Counted from the stretch's first letter, positions 49,851 through 60,846 are shown. The stretch is 64,000 nucleotides of DNA from an uncultured Acidobacteriota bacterium (GCA_963697355.1 CAVONV010000008.1:206764-270763), one strand, 5' to 3'. The notes: generated by a model from the letters alone, not told the origin. Numbers and translations are program-made.

Positions 49851-50810
49851 ATGCAGGCAGTAGTCCATGACCGCTATGGTCCACCTGACGTTCTTAGATG
49901 TGAAGAGGTCCAAAAGCCCACCGCTAGGGACGATGAAGTCTTAGTCAAAGTACATGCGGTATCCGTTAATCCCGCCGACTGGCACACCTTGCGGGCCGAC
50001 CCGTGGTTCATTCGCCTCATGGGCGATGGGCTTCTAAAGCCGAAACACGAAATACTCGGAATCGACATAGCGGGGCGGGTAGAAGCGGTTGGCAGAAATA
50101 CGAAGCGGTTTCAGCCGGGCGACGAAGTTTTCGGGGCAAGCAAATGGGGCGGTTTCGCCGAGTATGCCTGCGTTGCAGAAGACCGGCTACAGCCGAAACC
50201 GGCGGGAACGACATTGGAGGCGGCGGCGGCCGTACCGGTCGCAGCAATCAGCGCTCTTCAGGGTCTCCGCGACAAAGGAAGAATTCAGCCTGGCCAAAAA
50301 GTTCTGATTAATGGTGCGTCAGGAGGTGTGGGTACCTTTGCTGTGCAGATTGCCAAAGCGCTCGGAGCTGAGGTCACGGGCGTGTGCAGCACGAAGAATC
50401 TGGACATGGTGCGCTCGATTGGGGCGGACCACGTCATCGACTACACTCGAGTAGACTTCACCCGAAACGGGCAGCTTTATGAACTGATTCTTGACGCTGC
50501 GGCATATCGTTCGATTTTGGACTACAGGCGTGCAATGAGCCCCAAAGGGATCTACGTCCTGATTGGCGGTTCCATGGCTCAGTTCTACCAATTGATGCTC
50601 CTAGGTCCATGGATTTCGATGACCGGCAAGAAAATGGGTCTCATGATGGCAAAGATAAACAAAGAAGATCTCGCGCTCTTGAAAGAGTTTCTCGAAGCGG
50701 GAAAAATAGTGCCTGTTATCGATAGATGCTACCCGTTGAGTGAAGTTGCTGAAGCTCTCCGGTATCTCGAAAAAGGTCACGCCCGAGGAAAAGTCATCAT
50801 CACCGTATGA
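49851..50810 (+). CDS. NAD(P)-dependent MDR oxidoreductase
   Basis: VNPADW, NGASGGVG and GHARGKVII motifs. Confidence 0.9.
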   Translation: MQAVVHDRYGPPDVLRCEEVQKPTARDDEVLVKVHAVSVNPADWHTLRADPWFIRLMGDGLLKPKHEILGIDIAGRVEAVGRNTKRFQPGDEVFGASKWGGFAEYACVAEDRLQPKPAGTTLEAAAAVPVAAISALQGLRDKGRIQPGQKVLINGASGGVGTFAVQIAKALGAEVTGVCSTKNLDMVRSIGADHVIDYTRVDFTRNGQLYELILDAAAYRSILDYRRAMSPKGIYVLIGGSMAQFYQLMLLGPWISMTGKKMGLMMAKINKEDLALLKEFLEAGKIVPVIDRCYPLSEVAEALRYLEKGHARGKVIITV

Positions 50811-51508
50811 TGGCGTGGGAGTCTGGTATGTCGCAGACATTAAGGAACGAACAACAAGATAAACTCGACTGAGGACTCGACAAGCTTCCAACACGCGGGA
50901 AGCATGCGACAGTGTTTGTCGGCACCATCTTTGGCCCTGATAGTTTCGGATTTCACAATGATGTGGAGAGTTCTCATTCCCTCCGGCCGGCAATGTCAAG
51001 ACGTAGCCTCTTTCTGTGACATAGGGCGCACGTCACCAGCGTGAGGCAGCTTGGACTGCGCGGACTGGACCGGTTTTGGGTGCTCCAGTCCTACGGGTAT
51101 GACAACCGTAGGAGGTGGTCATACCCCACGAACAGCCGCGGGAACCGTGCGCATAAGCTTGTAGTCTTTCTGGATCCTCGATCGCTGGGAGGGTAGGGGA
51201 GTCCACCTCGAAGTCGTTCTCCTTCTATCCGTAAAACAACCCTCAGGACGCGATCCGTCGTTTTCTTCTCGTTTCGCGATAACTGAAGGAGGTAGAGCTA
51301 AGCAAAAATCGTCTCTCCGTAGTGAAGGGAAGCTTTTCGAGCTACCTGGCTCGAGCTAAGCGTGATGGCTATCTGCGGGTCATCGTTGAGATGCTACCGT
51401 GATTACGAGTGACAAGGAAACTACAGGGTCAGGTTGGTTTCAAGGTCCGCGAATACTTTGCCCGTCGTCCCTGGACGGGAGCGTAAACACGTTGTGTAAA
51501 TACACACA

Positions 51509-51835
51509 ATGCGATACACTTGGGATGAAGACAAGGCGGCACGTAACCTTCGCGTCCACAAAATCGCTTTTCAGGACGTTATTAGGATATTTGATGGGCC
51601 GACTCTCGAACGTCTCGATGACCGTTTCGACTACCCGGAAGAAAGGTGGTATGCCATCGGGCTGGTCGAAGGTCGGACGTTTACGGTGATATATACCGAC
51701 CTCGACGACCAAACACGTCGCATCATCTCGGCGTGGAAGGCTGAAAAACATGAGCAAAAAGCGTACTTCGACCATCTCGAAGCCGAAGACGGATTGGGAT
51801 GCGCTCGACACCTTGACGGACGAACAAGTCCGTAA
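51509..51835 (+). CDS. BrnT-family toxin
   Basis: WDEDK...N...H.I.F, EER...IG and RIISA motifs. Confidence 0.85.
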   Translation: MRYTWDEDKAARNLRVHKIAFQDVIRIFDGPTLERLDDRFDYPEERWYAIGLVEGRTFTVIYTDLDDQTRRIISAWKAEKHEQKAYFDHLEAEDGLGCARHLDGRTSP

Positions 51836-52046
51836 CGGCATCGAAGCCGATCCAGACGCTCATCCAACGGACGAAGTCTTTTGGAACACCGCCAAAATCG
51901 TTATGCCCCGGCCGAAGGAAACCATGACCATACGTATCGACGCCGATGTCCTCGAGTGGTTTCGCAAGCAGGGCAGGGGATACCAGACTCGCATCAACGC
52001 GATTTTGCGATCGTATATGAGCGCCCACCAGGATACGGATGCATGA
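51750..52046 (+). CDS. BrnA-family antitoxin
   Basis: TIRIDADVLEWF...G.GYQTRIN.IL. Confidence 0.9.
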   Translation: MSKKRTSTISKPKTDWDALDTLTDEQVRNGIEADPDAHPTDEVFWNTAKIVMPRPKETMTIRIDADVLEWFRKQGRGYQTRINAILRSYMSAHQDTDA

Positions 52047-52189
52047 TCGCGGCTGACTCGGCAGGCATGCCGGTCGGAAGGTCATAGTTTGCCTCCCGGC
52101 CTGACAGACCGCTGGGGCCTTCAGATTAATAACTCCCGCTCCAAAAGAACGCCACGCCTCGCTTGCCCCACCTGTTCCGATTGAGGAGA

Positions 52190-52355
52190 CAAACCCCTCC
52201 GCTTTGTCATATCCATTCAATTCCAACTCGATCCAGCGCTGGAATTCCGTCAGTGCAAGGTTCCGTGCTACCACGAGAGCCTTGCGTAACAGGTCGGATA
52301 CGTGAACGTTCCGGTCTAATGCCTCACGTTGGAGTTCAACGATGACGGAACTCAT
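52190..52355 (-). pseudogene. AbiTii-like domain N-terminal fragment
   Basis: V.ELQ.EALD....SDLLRKA.VVA..L....F..WI..ELNGY. Confidence 0.65.
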
Positions 52356-52464
52356 TTGTGTCTCCGCATCGGCGGCTCGCTGCATCTGGCGAGATCACTT
52401 CTGCGCATACAAGCCGAACGTAACGGACACGCCGTCCGCTGGGTGAACACCGTCTGCAGTATTC

Positions 52465-52755
52465 TCAGTCACGCCCTGAGATGACTGCAATGTTCGCAGT
52501 AGCGGCCGCGTGCCGATGACGCGCGAGACGCTGATAGTCTTCTGACTCGTACCAGTGACGGAGCGCTTGCTCACTCGTAAACCGGATAAGAACCGTCCGC
52601 CCGGCGGGCCATTCGCCTTCGAGTATTTCTGGGTGATCCTCAACGGCGATGACCTCACCGTCGTACCTTTCGAACACCTCGTCGAACCCGTCAAGATACT
52701 CGCGGTACCGTGCTTGGTCGTGAATGTCAATCAATGCAACGAAGGAGCTACTCAC
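52465..52755 (-). CDS. DUF1330 protein
   Basis: LEG.W...R.V.I.F and WY.S..YQ motifs. Confidence 0.85.
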   Translation of the reverse strand: MSSSFVALIDIHDQARYREYLDGFDEVFERYDGEVIAVEDHPEILEGEWPAGRTVLIRFTSEQALRHWYESEDYQRLARHRHAAATANIAVISGRD

Positions 52756-52868
52756 GATTGGCCCTACGCTCCTCTATGAGTGAGTGCCCGATAGCCGAAG
52801 TCCGCTGAACAGCCCTGAACGAACCGGCCAGGCCGGCGAAGTAGAGGTCTGGTCCGCTTCAATGATTG

Positions 52869-53516
52869 CTAGGCGCTGCATCCTTTTCGCTTTCTGCACT
52901 TGACAGCGAACCATCCCTTCTTCTTTTCTTCAAGTGCATCGAGTTCCGAGTACCCAACACCTTCCAATACTTCTCGCAGTTCTTCGATGCTTAGATACGT
53001 CATTCCAATGGCATCTACAATACGCTGATTTCTGCGGTCGAACTTGCTGTTCTTATAGACGGCTCCGACGATAAGGAGTTGTCCGTCTTGCTTCGCAACT
53101 CGATGAACCTCTTTGAGGTCATTACGAAAATCTGGCCAGAAATAGTGGGTCTCAAAAGCGGTGATGAGATCAAAAGCACCATCGCTGAATCTCATCGAAG
53201 AGACAGCCTCTTGGAATATCTCCACTCGTCCTTCATTAATGAGGGCACGATTCCTTCTCCTGGCCACGACGACCGCATCTGGCGAATAGTCAATGCCGAA
53301 GACTCTGCCATCTGTTGCGATTCGCGCAAGTCGCGCAACAGTCCTTCCGCCGCCGCATCCAATGTCAAGTGCGTCTATATCACTTGGGATGTCGATGAAG
53401 CCTGAACCCCATTTCGTGAGACCGGAATGCCCAAAATTCATTCCCCTGGCTAGAAATCGGCCAAATCGTCCTCTAGGTTTCTTGCACTGACGTAGCATTC
53501 CTTCTAACAAGCTCAT
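52869..53516 (-). CDS. Class I SAM-dependent methyltransferase
   Basis: LDIGCGGG, GIDYS and FDLITAFET.YFWPD motifs. Confidence 0.9.
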   Translation of the reverse strand: MSLLEGMLRQCKKPRGRFGRFLARGMNFGHSGLTKWGSGFIDIPSDIDALDIGCGGGRTVARLARIATDGRVFGIDYSPDAVVVARRRNRALINEGRVEIFQEAVSSMRFSDGAFDLITAFETHYFWPDFRNDLKEVHRVAKQDGQLLIVGAVYKNSKFDRRNQRIVDAIGMTYLSIEELREVLEGVGYSELDALEEKKKGWFAVKCRKRKGCSA

Positions 53517-53607
53517 ACAAGCCTCTTTTGTATCTGCAGCATTGCACCGCGTTGTTCGACGGCCCTGCGCTCCACAGTCGGTGTCGGGATCCCCGCCAGA
53601 CGCCGAA

Positions 53608-54739
53608 TCATGGGGAGCGGGCGGACGCTGCGCGGATCGTGACGCTCACCGGCTCGACCTCTGCGCTGCTATCGTCAGCACGCCGTCCGACGATCACGCG
53701 ATACCGGCCTCTGTCGAGTTCCAGAGTGGCCTCACTCCCGCTTTCGACAGTGTGAATCTCGGGACGGCATCCGCAGCGCGCCACTACGAGTTCCTTGACC
53801 GGGACCGAGGGCCGGCTGACAATCAAGCGATACGCTCCGGCTTCGGGGATCTCGACGAGCGCCTCGTTGCGCAGGGCTCCGGGAACGATCTCGAGTACGC
53901 CCCGGGCTGGCGCAGGAGAGTCCGAATCTGTAGTTCCATGCGCCGTCGCTCCAGGCAACCGGCCGTGCGGTGCACAGGTTCTGTCGTGGGTAGCAGTCCG
54001 GGGCCGTTTCCGCGAGCAAGTCGAGCGTCTCGTCCAGGGAGACTCCCAGTTCGGTGTGGAAGATCTCGCGCAGTTGGCTGGTGTCGGTGTCGTGACGAGC
54101 CCGGGCGTACACTCGCGTGACGGCCGTCATTCCGTGTCTCTCGACCAGGAAGCGGACGAACAGCCCGGCCAACGGATAGCTGATGGTCTTCGGATCGGCA
54201 TTCGCCGACAGGCTACTCAGTATCTCCGACCTCACCGCCGTGCGCTCCACGGTGAACGCTCCGCCAGCGCGGCCGAACGCTTCTGCCATGCCCTCGTAGA
54301 GAAAGGTCTGGCTGCGGCCGAGGTCTCGGAGCAGGACGTGGACGATCTCGTGATCGTGGAAGAGCGTGCGAGAGAAGACCGCCAGCCCGTCCGCACAGTC
54401 ACTACTCTCGGGGCAGGGCGAGAGGTCCATGCGGCCCGGAAGCCAGTAGTAGGTGATCTTCTCGCCGGGCTTCATCGGATGGTCGAGCACCGCCGTCAGC
54501 TCGTCGACCCTGCGGTCCATGTACTCAAGAGAGTCACCGCAAGGCAGGCGACCGACGGTCGTCGCGAAGCGGAGGCGCTCGCCCTCCCAGACGATTGCCG
54601 GCAGTGACTTGTAGGTGGTCGCCCCGGAGGCGGCGCAGCTCGCCAGCAGGAATGCTGCAAGCTGCCCAGCACCCCGGCTCAGGGCGCTACCAGCAGGGGC
54701 AGGTATTTCGCCGCCATGTCGCGTCGTCAGCATACTCAT
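53608..54739 (-). CDS. Secreted gluzincin-like hypothetical protein, C-terminus frameshifted
   Basis: HEIVH...EGMAE motif; continuation in ORF 53608-53958. Confidence 0.55.
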
Positions 54740-54878
54740 CCTCGGTCCTCCACCTTGGCCACAACGATCGGCTCGGGCCAACCCTGATGCGTATGACCCG
54801 TATCGGCACCTGTGTGTCCGTCGAACGCTGCGCGTAACCTGCGAAGCCTGACTACGTGAGTGGCGGGTCAAACGGGGG

Positions 54879-55193
54879 TTGACCCAGGAAGAACTTGGGA
54901 GGAAGGCCGATGTGCCACCCATAAGTGTGAGCCATTTCGAGACTGGTCACCGGTTCCCTAATGCAGAGTCCCTTCGGCGTCTCGCGGATGCCTTGGGCGT
55001 GAGTACGGACTACCTCCTTGGTCGCGTGAAGGAGCCTATGGGTGAGGATCTCCAGGCGTCCGACCCGGACATCGCGGGATTGTTCCGACGGTTTCAGGGC
55101 ATGTCCCAGGAAGCGTGCGAACAAGTCAAACAGCTCTTCGAGACCGTGGACGCCATGGACAAGAAGAGACGTCGAGCACGTCACTCGGAATAG
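54879..55193 (+). CDS. XRE-family HTH regulator (start uncertain)
   Basis: TQEELG...SVSHFETG.R.P....L..LADALGVSTDYLLG. Confidence 0.8.
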   Translation: MTQEELGRKADVPPISVSHFETGHRFPNAESLRRLADALGVSTDYLLGRVKEPMGEDLQASDPDIAGLFRRFQGMSQEACEQVKQLFETVDAMDKKRRRARHSE

Positions 55194-55247
55194 AGCCTCG
55201 CGTCCCGAGACGCTCTATTATGCGAAACTCCAGGGGTTTTCCGGGAA

Positions 55248-55316
55248 CAGGACGGTAGCGACCTCCATCCCGCAGGGACCGCGCCACGGCACGGAAGCGA
55301 GGTCGCTACCGTCCTG
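55248..55316. repeat. 18-bp perfect inverted repeat (REP-like)
   Basis: CAGGACGGTAGCGACCTC ... GAGGTCGCTACCGTCCTG, 33-nt spacer. Confidence 0.75.
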
Positions 55317-55932
55317 CCCTTGCTTTTTGTGCTGCTATTTCAGGCCGAGAGAACCACACCTATCGCTCGGAGGCGCTGCCACTTCGGGGGATCAGCAGGG
55401 TGACATCCGGGGTGACAGCGCTGGTGACAACCGAATCGAGAAAACCGAGTAGTTCGCGGCGGTCACGAAAACGAGTTCTTCCTGGATTTCTCCATTCATT
55501 TCTAGGAAAGCGACACGAGGGAACCCACTCACGTGAGCGCAGCGTCAACGTGACGCTCGAGCTAATTTCGGGGCGTCTCCACCGTTGTCACAGTGGATTA
55601 ATCCGCGCACAATCATGGCCCGAATGTGTGACGGCAACGAACCTCGTTTCGCATTGTTGACACGAGGCTAATCCTGGCTTGCGCCGTTAGCGCCGCCTCG
55701 GTCTACGGGGCGACGCACCTTCAGAGCTTTCGCTAGAAGACCGGGACGGCTCCAAACGATCAGCTGCATCCGTCGGTCGTCGGTGAGTCAGATCTGAAAC
55801 GATATCTCGCCTCGACCGTTCATGCGCGCGCGGCGAAAACGCAGGGGCCGCTCCGACTTGCTGGCTCGCGCGGACATGGTGACGATACGTACTTGTTGAA
55901 GTCCATTTCAGCAAGTTTCTGGGCGACATCGC

Positions 55933-57281
55933 TCATTCGCTGTGGAAGTAACGCCGCTTGGGGTCCTGCGGCCCGGTTCCCAGTTCGCGCAAGAGTCCGC
56001 TTCCGACCAGGCGTGCGAGCCGCGTGCGTGCGGCGTGAGCCCGATCGTCTTCGCGAGCTCGCTCGTCAACAGTCCCTTGCCGCCCCCAGTGCATCGAGGA
56101 TGGCCTGATCGGTCTCGTCGAGTGCCGCTGGGCCAATGCGCTCTGTCGAAAGCGTCACCCGAAAGCGCGTGGCGATCTCCTCGAACAGCGGAGGCGGAAG
56201 CCCCATCTCGCGGCAAGCGGCCGTCATCCGCTGCACGCCGCTCGCGCACTGCTCGACCAGGCCGAGGGCGTGGAAGACGCGGCCGATCACGCGGTTTCGC
56301 AGCTTCGAGACGCCGCGGGGGAGGTCTTCGATCGTGAGCCCAAAGGGCAAGAGCCCCGGATTCTCGACCTCGAGCCAGTCGTCGAAGATCGCGACCCGGA
56401 GCGGCGCGCCACGCTGGGCGCAGTCGGTGTGCGCGACGGCGTTGACCACCGCCTCGCGCACAGCCGCCGGCGGCAGATTCCAACGTTCCTTGCGACATAC
56501 GGTCCCGATCTCGGCCCCGTGCAGGGAGTGCTTCGCGACGAAGGCGATGGCCTCCTCGATGGCGCGGAAGGGAAAGGAGCGGATCTCGATGCGATCCGCG
56601 ATGCGGCTCTTGTCGCTGCCCCGAAAGCGTCCCGGCTGGATCCACGCGTCCGGAAAGTGCCGCTCGCGTTCCTTGCCGAACAGCAGCATGCCGCCGACGG
56701 TGGGGACCCGCCGTCCCTGGTGCTCCGTCAGCAGGCGCTATGTATCGAGGTCCCGCCGGCGCAGCTTCCGCAGGGTCGCGAACGACTCGGAAGCCGCTCG
56801 GAAGTCCAGCGCTTCCGAGTCGAGATCCGGCATCGATTGCTCGTCGAATGCCTCGCCTCGCGCGAAACGGCGAAGCTCCTCGACGAGTTCGCGGTCGGCC
56901 CGCCGGTTGGTGGAGCCCACGCGTACATAGACACCCCGCTCCAGTCCCTCGGCTTTCAGGTAGTGCGGGCGGGTGGGTGGGGCTCGGGTGCACCTCGACG
57001 GCCAGGACCTGGGTGCGACGCCAAGGCAGGATCATGATGTCGGGAACGAGGCGAGGGGCAACGCGGTCGCTGATCAAGTTGGCCAGACGCTCCTCGAGAT
57101 CGAGCGGTCCGCGGACCCCGCGAACGTGCCCGCTCCGGTCCTCCACGCCCACGAGGAGAGTGCCGCCCGAAGTATTTGCGAACGCGACGATCGTCCGGAG
57201 CGCCCCGTCGGGACCCGAGAGATCGCGCTTGAACTCCAGCGTCTTGCCCTCCGGGCGTTTCAGCAGATCGACGAGGTCCAT
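55933..57281 (-). pseudogene. AlbA_2/Schlafen-domain + HATPase_c_4 + wHTH protein, multiply frameshifted
   Basis: EGKTLEFK, AFANT.GG.L.VGV, REAVVNAVAH.D, NPG and RN..I motifs across four ORFs. Confidence 0.85.
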
Positions 57282-57701
57282 GCTACTCGGAAGGAGCAAA
57301 CAGCGTCAAGCTTCCGGGCTGGCCGCCCTTGACCAGGCGCTCGGTCTGGCAGCCACCCGTTGCCAAGTCGTGGCAGCGACTGAAACACAAACGACTGGCG
57401 CATCTCGCAACTCCGCCTCGCCCGTGGGCCGCGTCCGATGCGCCAAACTCCAATGGGCTGCAGAAAGGGCAGGGAAGAGCATGCACGCGTTATCGCGATC
57501 GCACTCGAAGCCGTCCGGCAAGCCGTCGAGCGCGAAGTTCGAAAGCATCTTGGGTAAACTTCGCAACGAGCTACCGTTGGGGAGTGGAGAGTGGCGCACG
57601 CCGCCCAGCCACCGATTCAGACATTCATGCAGCTTTCTTTGCTTTTTAGCCGCATCTAAAATATCTTGACTGCAAGAAACGGCAGTAAGTTTGAACCCAA
57701 A

Positions 57702-60419
57702 ATGACCGACCGAACAGCGCTTCCCATTCTACGCACGAAGCTGCACCGACCTCCCTCACCGGTTGACGTCGTAGAACGGCCGAGGCTGAAAGAGCGGTTG
57801 CACCGGGGAAAAGACGGTACGCTGACCCTGGTTACGGCTCCGGCGGGGTATGGAAAAAGCACGCTGGTCAGCCAATGGCTGGAAACGTGCAAGCAGCCCA
57901 CCGCCTGGCTCTCCTTAGACGAAACCGACAGCGACATCGCGACCTTTATCCAATACGTCTTGGCCGCCATTCGGGTGGCGTTTCCCAACGCTTGTCCTAA
58001 CACGCTCGCTTTGATGCGTGGGGACAAATTTCCATCATCGAAGGTCCTGAGTGGTTACTTCACAAACGAGCTGGATGCAATCGAGGTGCCCTTCATCCTG
58101 GTGCTGGATGACTACGACTGCCTCCACGAATCGGCCGTTCACGATCTCCTCAATGAATTGCTCAAGCGACCGCCTCGGCCTCTCCATCTCGTTATCATCT
58201 CCCGGCGTGACCCGCCGCTCGCCCTTGCCAGACTTCGCAGCAAGGGGCAGATCACTGAAGTCCGCTTACGCGATCTTCAATTCACGAAATTGGAGACCGC
58301 CGCCTTCCTCGAACATGCGATAGGGGCATCCGTTACCGACCTTGCCCTCGACCACCTGCAAACCAAGACCGAAGGATGGGTGGCCGCCCTACGGTTGGCG
58401 GCGTTGTCGCTCGGTCAGCGAGAGGACATCGACGCTTTCCTCGAAAGGCTTCAAGGCGATACGCGACAGGTGCGCGAATATCTATTGGCCGAGGTTCTTT
58501 CCCTTCAGCCACCTGAGGTTCAGGATCTGCTCTTGCGGACTTCCATTCTCGATCGTTTCTGTCAGCCGTTGTGCGACGCGCTTGGTGCACCGAGGTCCGA
58601 GAGCGGTCTGGAAGCCCTCGGGGGTGAGCCCTTCCCGGCCTGGCTGGAGAAAGCTGGCCTGTTTTGTATTCCCTTGGATGAGCAACACGAGTGGTGCCGG
58701 TACCACCATCTCTTCCAGGAGCTCTTGCAGCGTCAACTCGAAGCGCAGGTGAGTGCGGAGGAGATTGCCGCGCTCTATATGAAGGCCACTGCCTGGTTCG
58801 ATGAAAACGGACTCATCGAGGAGGCACTTCAACACGCCTTAAAGGGCGGTGACGCGAACGCAGCGGCTCGAATCGTCACCGAAAACGGTGACGAGGCGAT
58901 GAACCAGGAACAGTGGGGCCAACTTGATCGTTGGCTAAGAATGCTTCCGGCCGACATCATCGAAGGCGATCCGCAGTTGCTTCTCCTGAGAGCCTGGCTC
59001 TGCGATTACCACTACCAATTCACTGAAGGCTGGATGCTCGTGGATCAGGCCGAGCCCCTCGTTTCCGCCATACCTCCGGACTCCGCCGCCGGCCTTCGGC
59101 TGCGCGGTGAGATGGAGGCCCTGCGCAGTCAACGGTACTATTTCGCGGCAGAGCCCGAGCGCGCCGTCACCAGCGCGGAGCAGGCCTTGGCGGGAATTCT
59201 TCGACAGTCTCAGAGCACACGAGGATTCGCGACGGCCCTCCTGGCCGCTTCGTTGCAGATGGCCGGCGACCTCGAACGAGCCTACAATTTCCTCCACGAC
59301 GCTTTGGGGGATCCTTCGAATCCCCGCGGCACATTCGCCAACCGAGTGCTCATCACCCTGTGCTGGATACACTGGATGGCGGGTGATCTGAACGGATTGA
59401 GACAGGCGGCGACCTCCTTGCTGAAGCTGGGCGGGGAGCTGGACCTCCGCGAAAGCCGGGACTTTGGCAGGTACTTTCTGGGCATCTTTCACTATCATCG
59501 CAACGAGCCGACCGCCACCGCGCAGCAGCTGGCGCCCTTGGTCGTCGATCCCTACCTGACACGAACAGAAATCTATGCCCACGGCGCTTTCGCTTTGAGT
59601 TTGGCCTACCTGGCGCTGGGCCGCGTTCGCGAGGCGCGTGACCTTGCCGAGTCGGTTGCCGCACACATGCTGGAAACCAACAACGCGTTCGTTCTTCCCT
59701 TTGCCCAAGCCTTCGTCGCGGAGCTCGACGTGAGGCTGGGCCGGTCCGCTGAAGCCGTGCATTGGGCGGATCGGTTCGATCCCGGACCCCTCCTGCCCAT
59801 GTACATGTTCCATGTGCCCGAGCTGACCCTCGCGAAAGTGCTGATAGGCCAAAATGAGCCCGATAGTCTGCAACACGCCGATGAGCTGCTTGCTCGCCTA
59901 TACGAGTACGTCGAGCGCACTCAGAACCAACGCTTCCTGATCGAGGTTCTGGTCTTGCAGGCCCTTCTCCGCGAAGAACGAGGCGACGAGCCTTCTGCGT
60001 TGGCAGCGATTGAAAGAGCGGTCCGCCTGGCGCAACCGGGTGGGTTCATCCGCGTGTTCGTCGATTTGGGACCTCGCCTGGTAAAGCTACTGAGCCGCTT
60101 GGACCTCGACGAGGAAGGATTGCGCTATGTCGGACAGATCCTTGCGGCCTTCATGAGTGACGGAACCAGCGTGCTGAGCCAATCGAACGAGCCACAGGTG
60201 GAGGCCCGCCAGCACCTCGTTGAGCCGCTGTCCCAACGGGAGCTCGAGATCCTGGCCTTGCTGGCGGAGCGGCTCAGCAACAAGGAGATCGGGACGCGGC
60301 TCTACCTCTCCGCCGCGACCATCAAGCGCCACACGGCCAATATCTACAAAAAGCTGGGCGTTCACGGTCGCCGCGAGGCCGTCGAGAAAGCCGTTCATCT
60401 GGGAATCCGTCATCGCTGA
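57702..60419 (+). CDS. MalT-like LuxR-family transcriptional regulator
   Basis: APAGYGKST, LVLDDY, TEGW, RYHHLF and a C-terminal LuxR HTH. Confidence 0.92.
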   Translation: MTDRTALPILRTKLHRPPSPVDVVERPRLKERLHRGKDGTLTLVTAPAGYGKSTLVSQWLETCKQPTAWLSLDETDSDIATFIQYVLAAIRVAFPNACPNTLALMRGDKFPSSKVLSGYFTNELDAIEVPFILVLDDYDCLHESAVHDLLNELLKRPPRPLHLVIISRRDPPLALARLRSKGQITEVRLRDLQFTKLETAAFLEHAIGASVTDLALDHLQTKTEGWVAALRLAALSLGQREDIDAFLERLQGDTRQVREYLLAEVLSLQPPEVQDLLLRTSILDRFCQPLCDALGAPRSESGLEALGGEPFPAWLEKAGLFCIPLDEQHEWCRYHHLFQELLQRQLEAQVSAEEIAALYMKATAWFDENGLIEEALQHALKGGDANAAARIVTENGDEAMNQEQWGQLDRWLRMLPADIIEGDPQLLLLRAWLCDYHYQFTEGWMLVDQAEPLVSAIPPDSAAGLRLRGEMEALRSQRYYFAAEPERAVTSAEQALAGILRQSQSTRGFATALLAASLQMAGDLERAYNFLHDALGDPSNPRGTFANRVLITLCWIHWMAGDLNGLRQAATSLLKLGGELDLRESRDFGRYFLGIFHYHRNEPTATAQQLAPLVVDPYLTRTEIYAHGAFALSLAYLALGRVREARDLAESVAAHMLETNNAFVLPFAQAFVAELDVRLGRSAEAVHWADRFDPGPLLPMYMFHVPELTLAKVLIGQNEPDSLQHADELLARLYEYVERTQNQRFLIEVLVLQALLREERGDEPSALAAIERAVRLAQPGGFIRVFVDLGPRLVKLLSRLDLDEEGLRYVGQILAAFMSDGTSVLSQSNEPQVEARQHLVEPLSQRELEILALLAERLSNKEIGTRLYLSAATIKRHTANIYKKLGVHGRREAVEKAVHLGIRHR

Positions 60420-60492
60420 CGGGTCTACACCCTCCAAATTACACCCTTTGAGCCCATGCGCTTTCCGCTTCTGCGGTCTAATATGATTCTCT

Positions 60493-60762
60493 ATGACACG
60501 GCGATTTGACGAAGGCCCGACCATGGACGGTCCGGCTACTTACCGTATCTACGTCAAGGGACATCTGGTCTCGGACTGGTCGGACCGGCTCTCGGATATG
60601 AAAATCGAGAGCTCCGTCGCGCCGGACGGTCAGGAGACAACTACGCTCGAAGGGCGACTCGCGGATCAGGCTGCGCTGTTCGGAGTGCTTAATACACTCT
60701 ATGAGCTGCACCTGCCTGTGATATCGGTGGAATGTCTGGATAGGGTTGATGCGGCGAAATGA
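60493..60762 (+). CDS. Small conserved protein found downstream of MalT-like regulators
   Basis: Y.I.VKGHL...WS and DQAAL.GVL motifs. Confidence 0.75.
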   Translation: MTRRFDEGPTMDGPATYRIYVKGHLVSDWSDRLSDMKIESSVAPDGQETTTLEGRLADQAALFGVLNTLYELHLPVISVECLDRVDAAK

Positions 60763-60785
60763 TAACGACTAGCAGGGGATCGGCC

Positions 60786-60846
60786 CGCCAACAACCGGTT
60801 CCAGCAGAAGGCGCTGAGGAGTCGTCACTGAACCGCGGTGCTAGCT
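60786..60846 (+). other. Degenerate attC-like site
   Basis: CGCCAAC-aaccggttccagcag...ctgaaccgcggt-GCTAGCT, 61 bp, imperfect palindrome. Confidence 0.45.

Noticed and set aside
51750-51835. 86-nt brnT/brnA overlap as a special feature
   Set aside because: Most simply explained by loss of the original brnT stop codon.
51723-52385. 220-aa ORF as a full Abi protein
   Set aside because: Only the first ~55 residues after M at 52355 look AbiTii-like; the rest runs through intergenic DNA and antisense to brnA.
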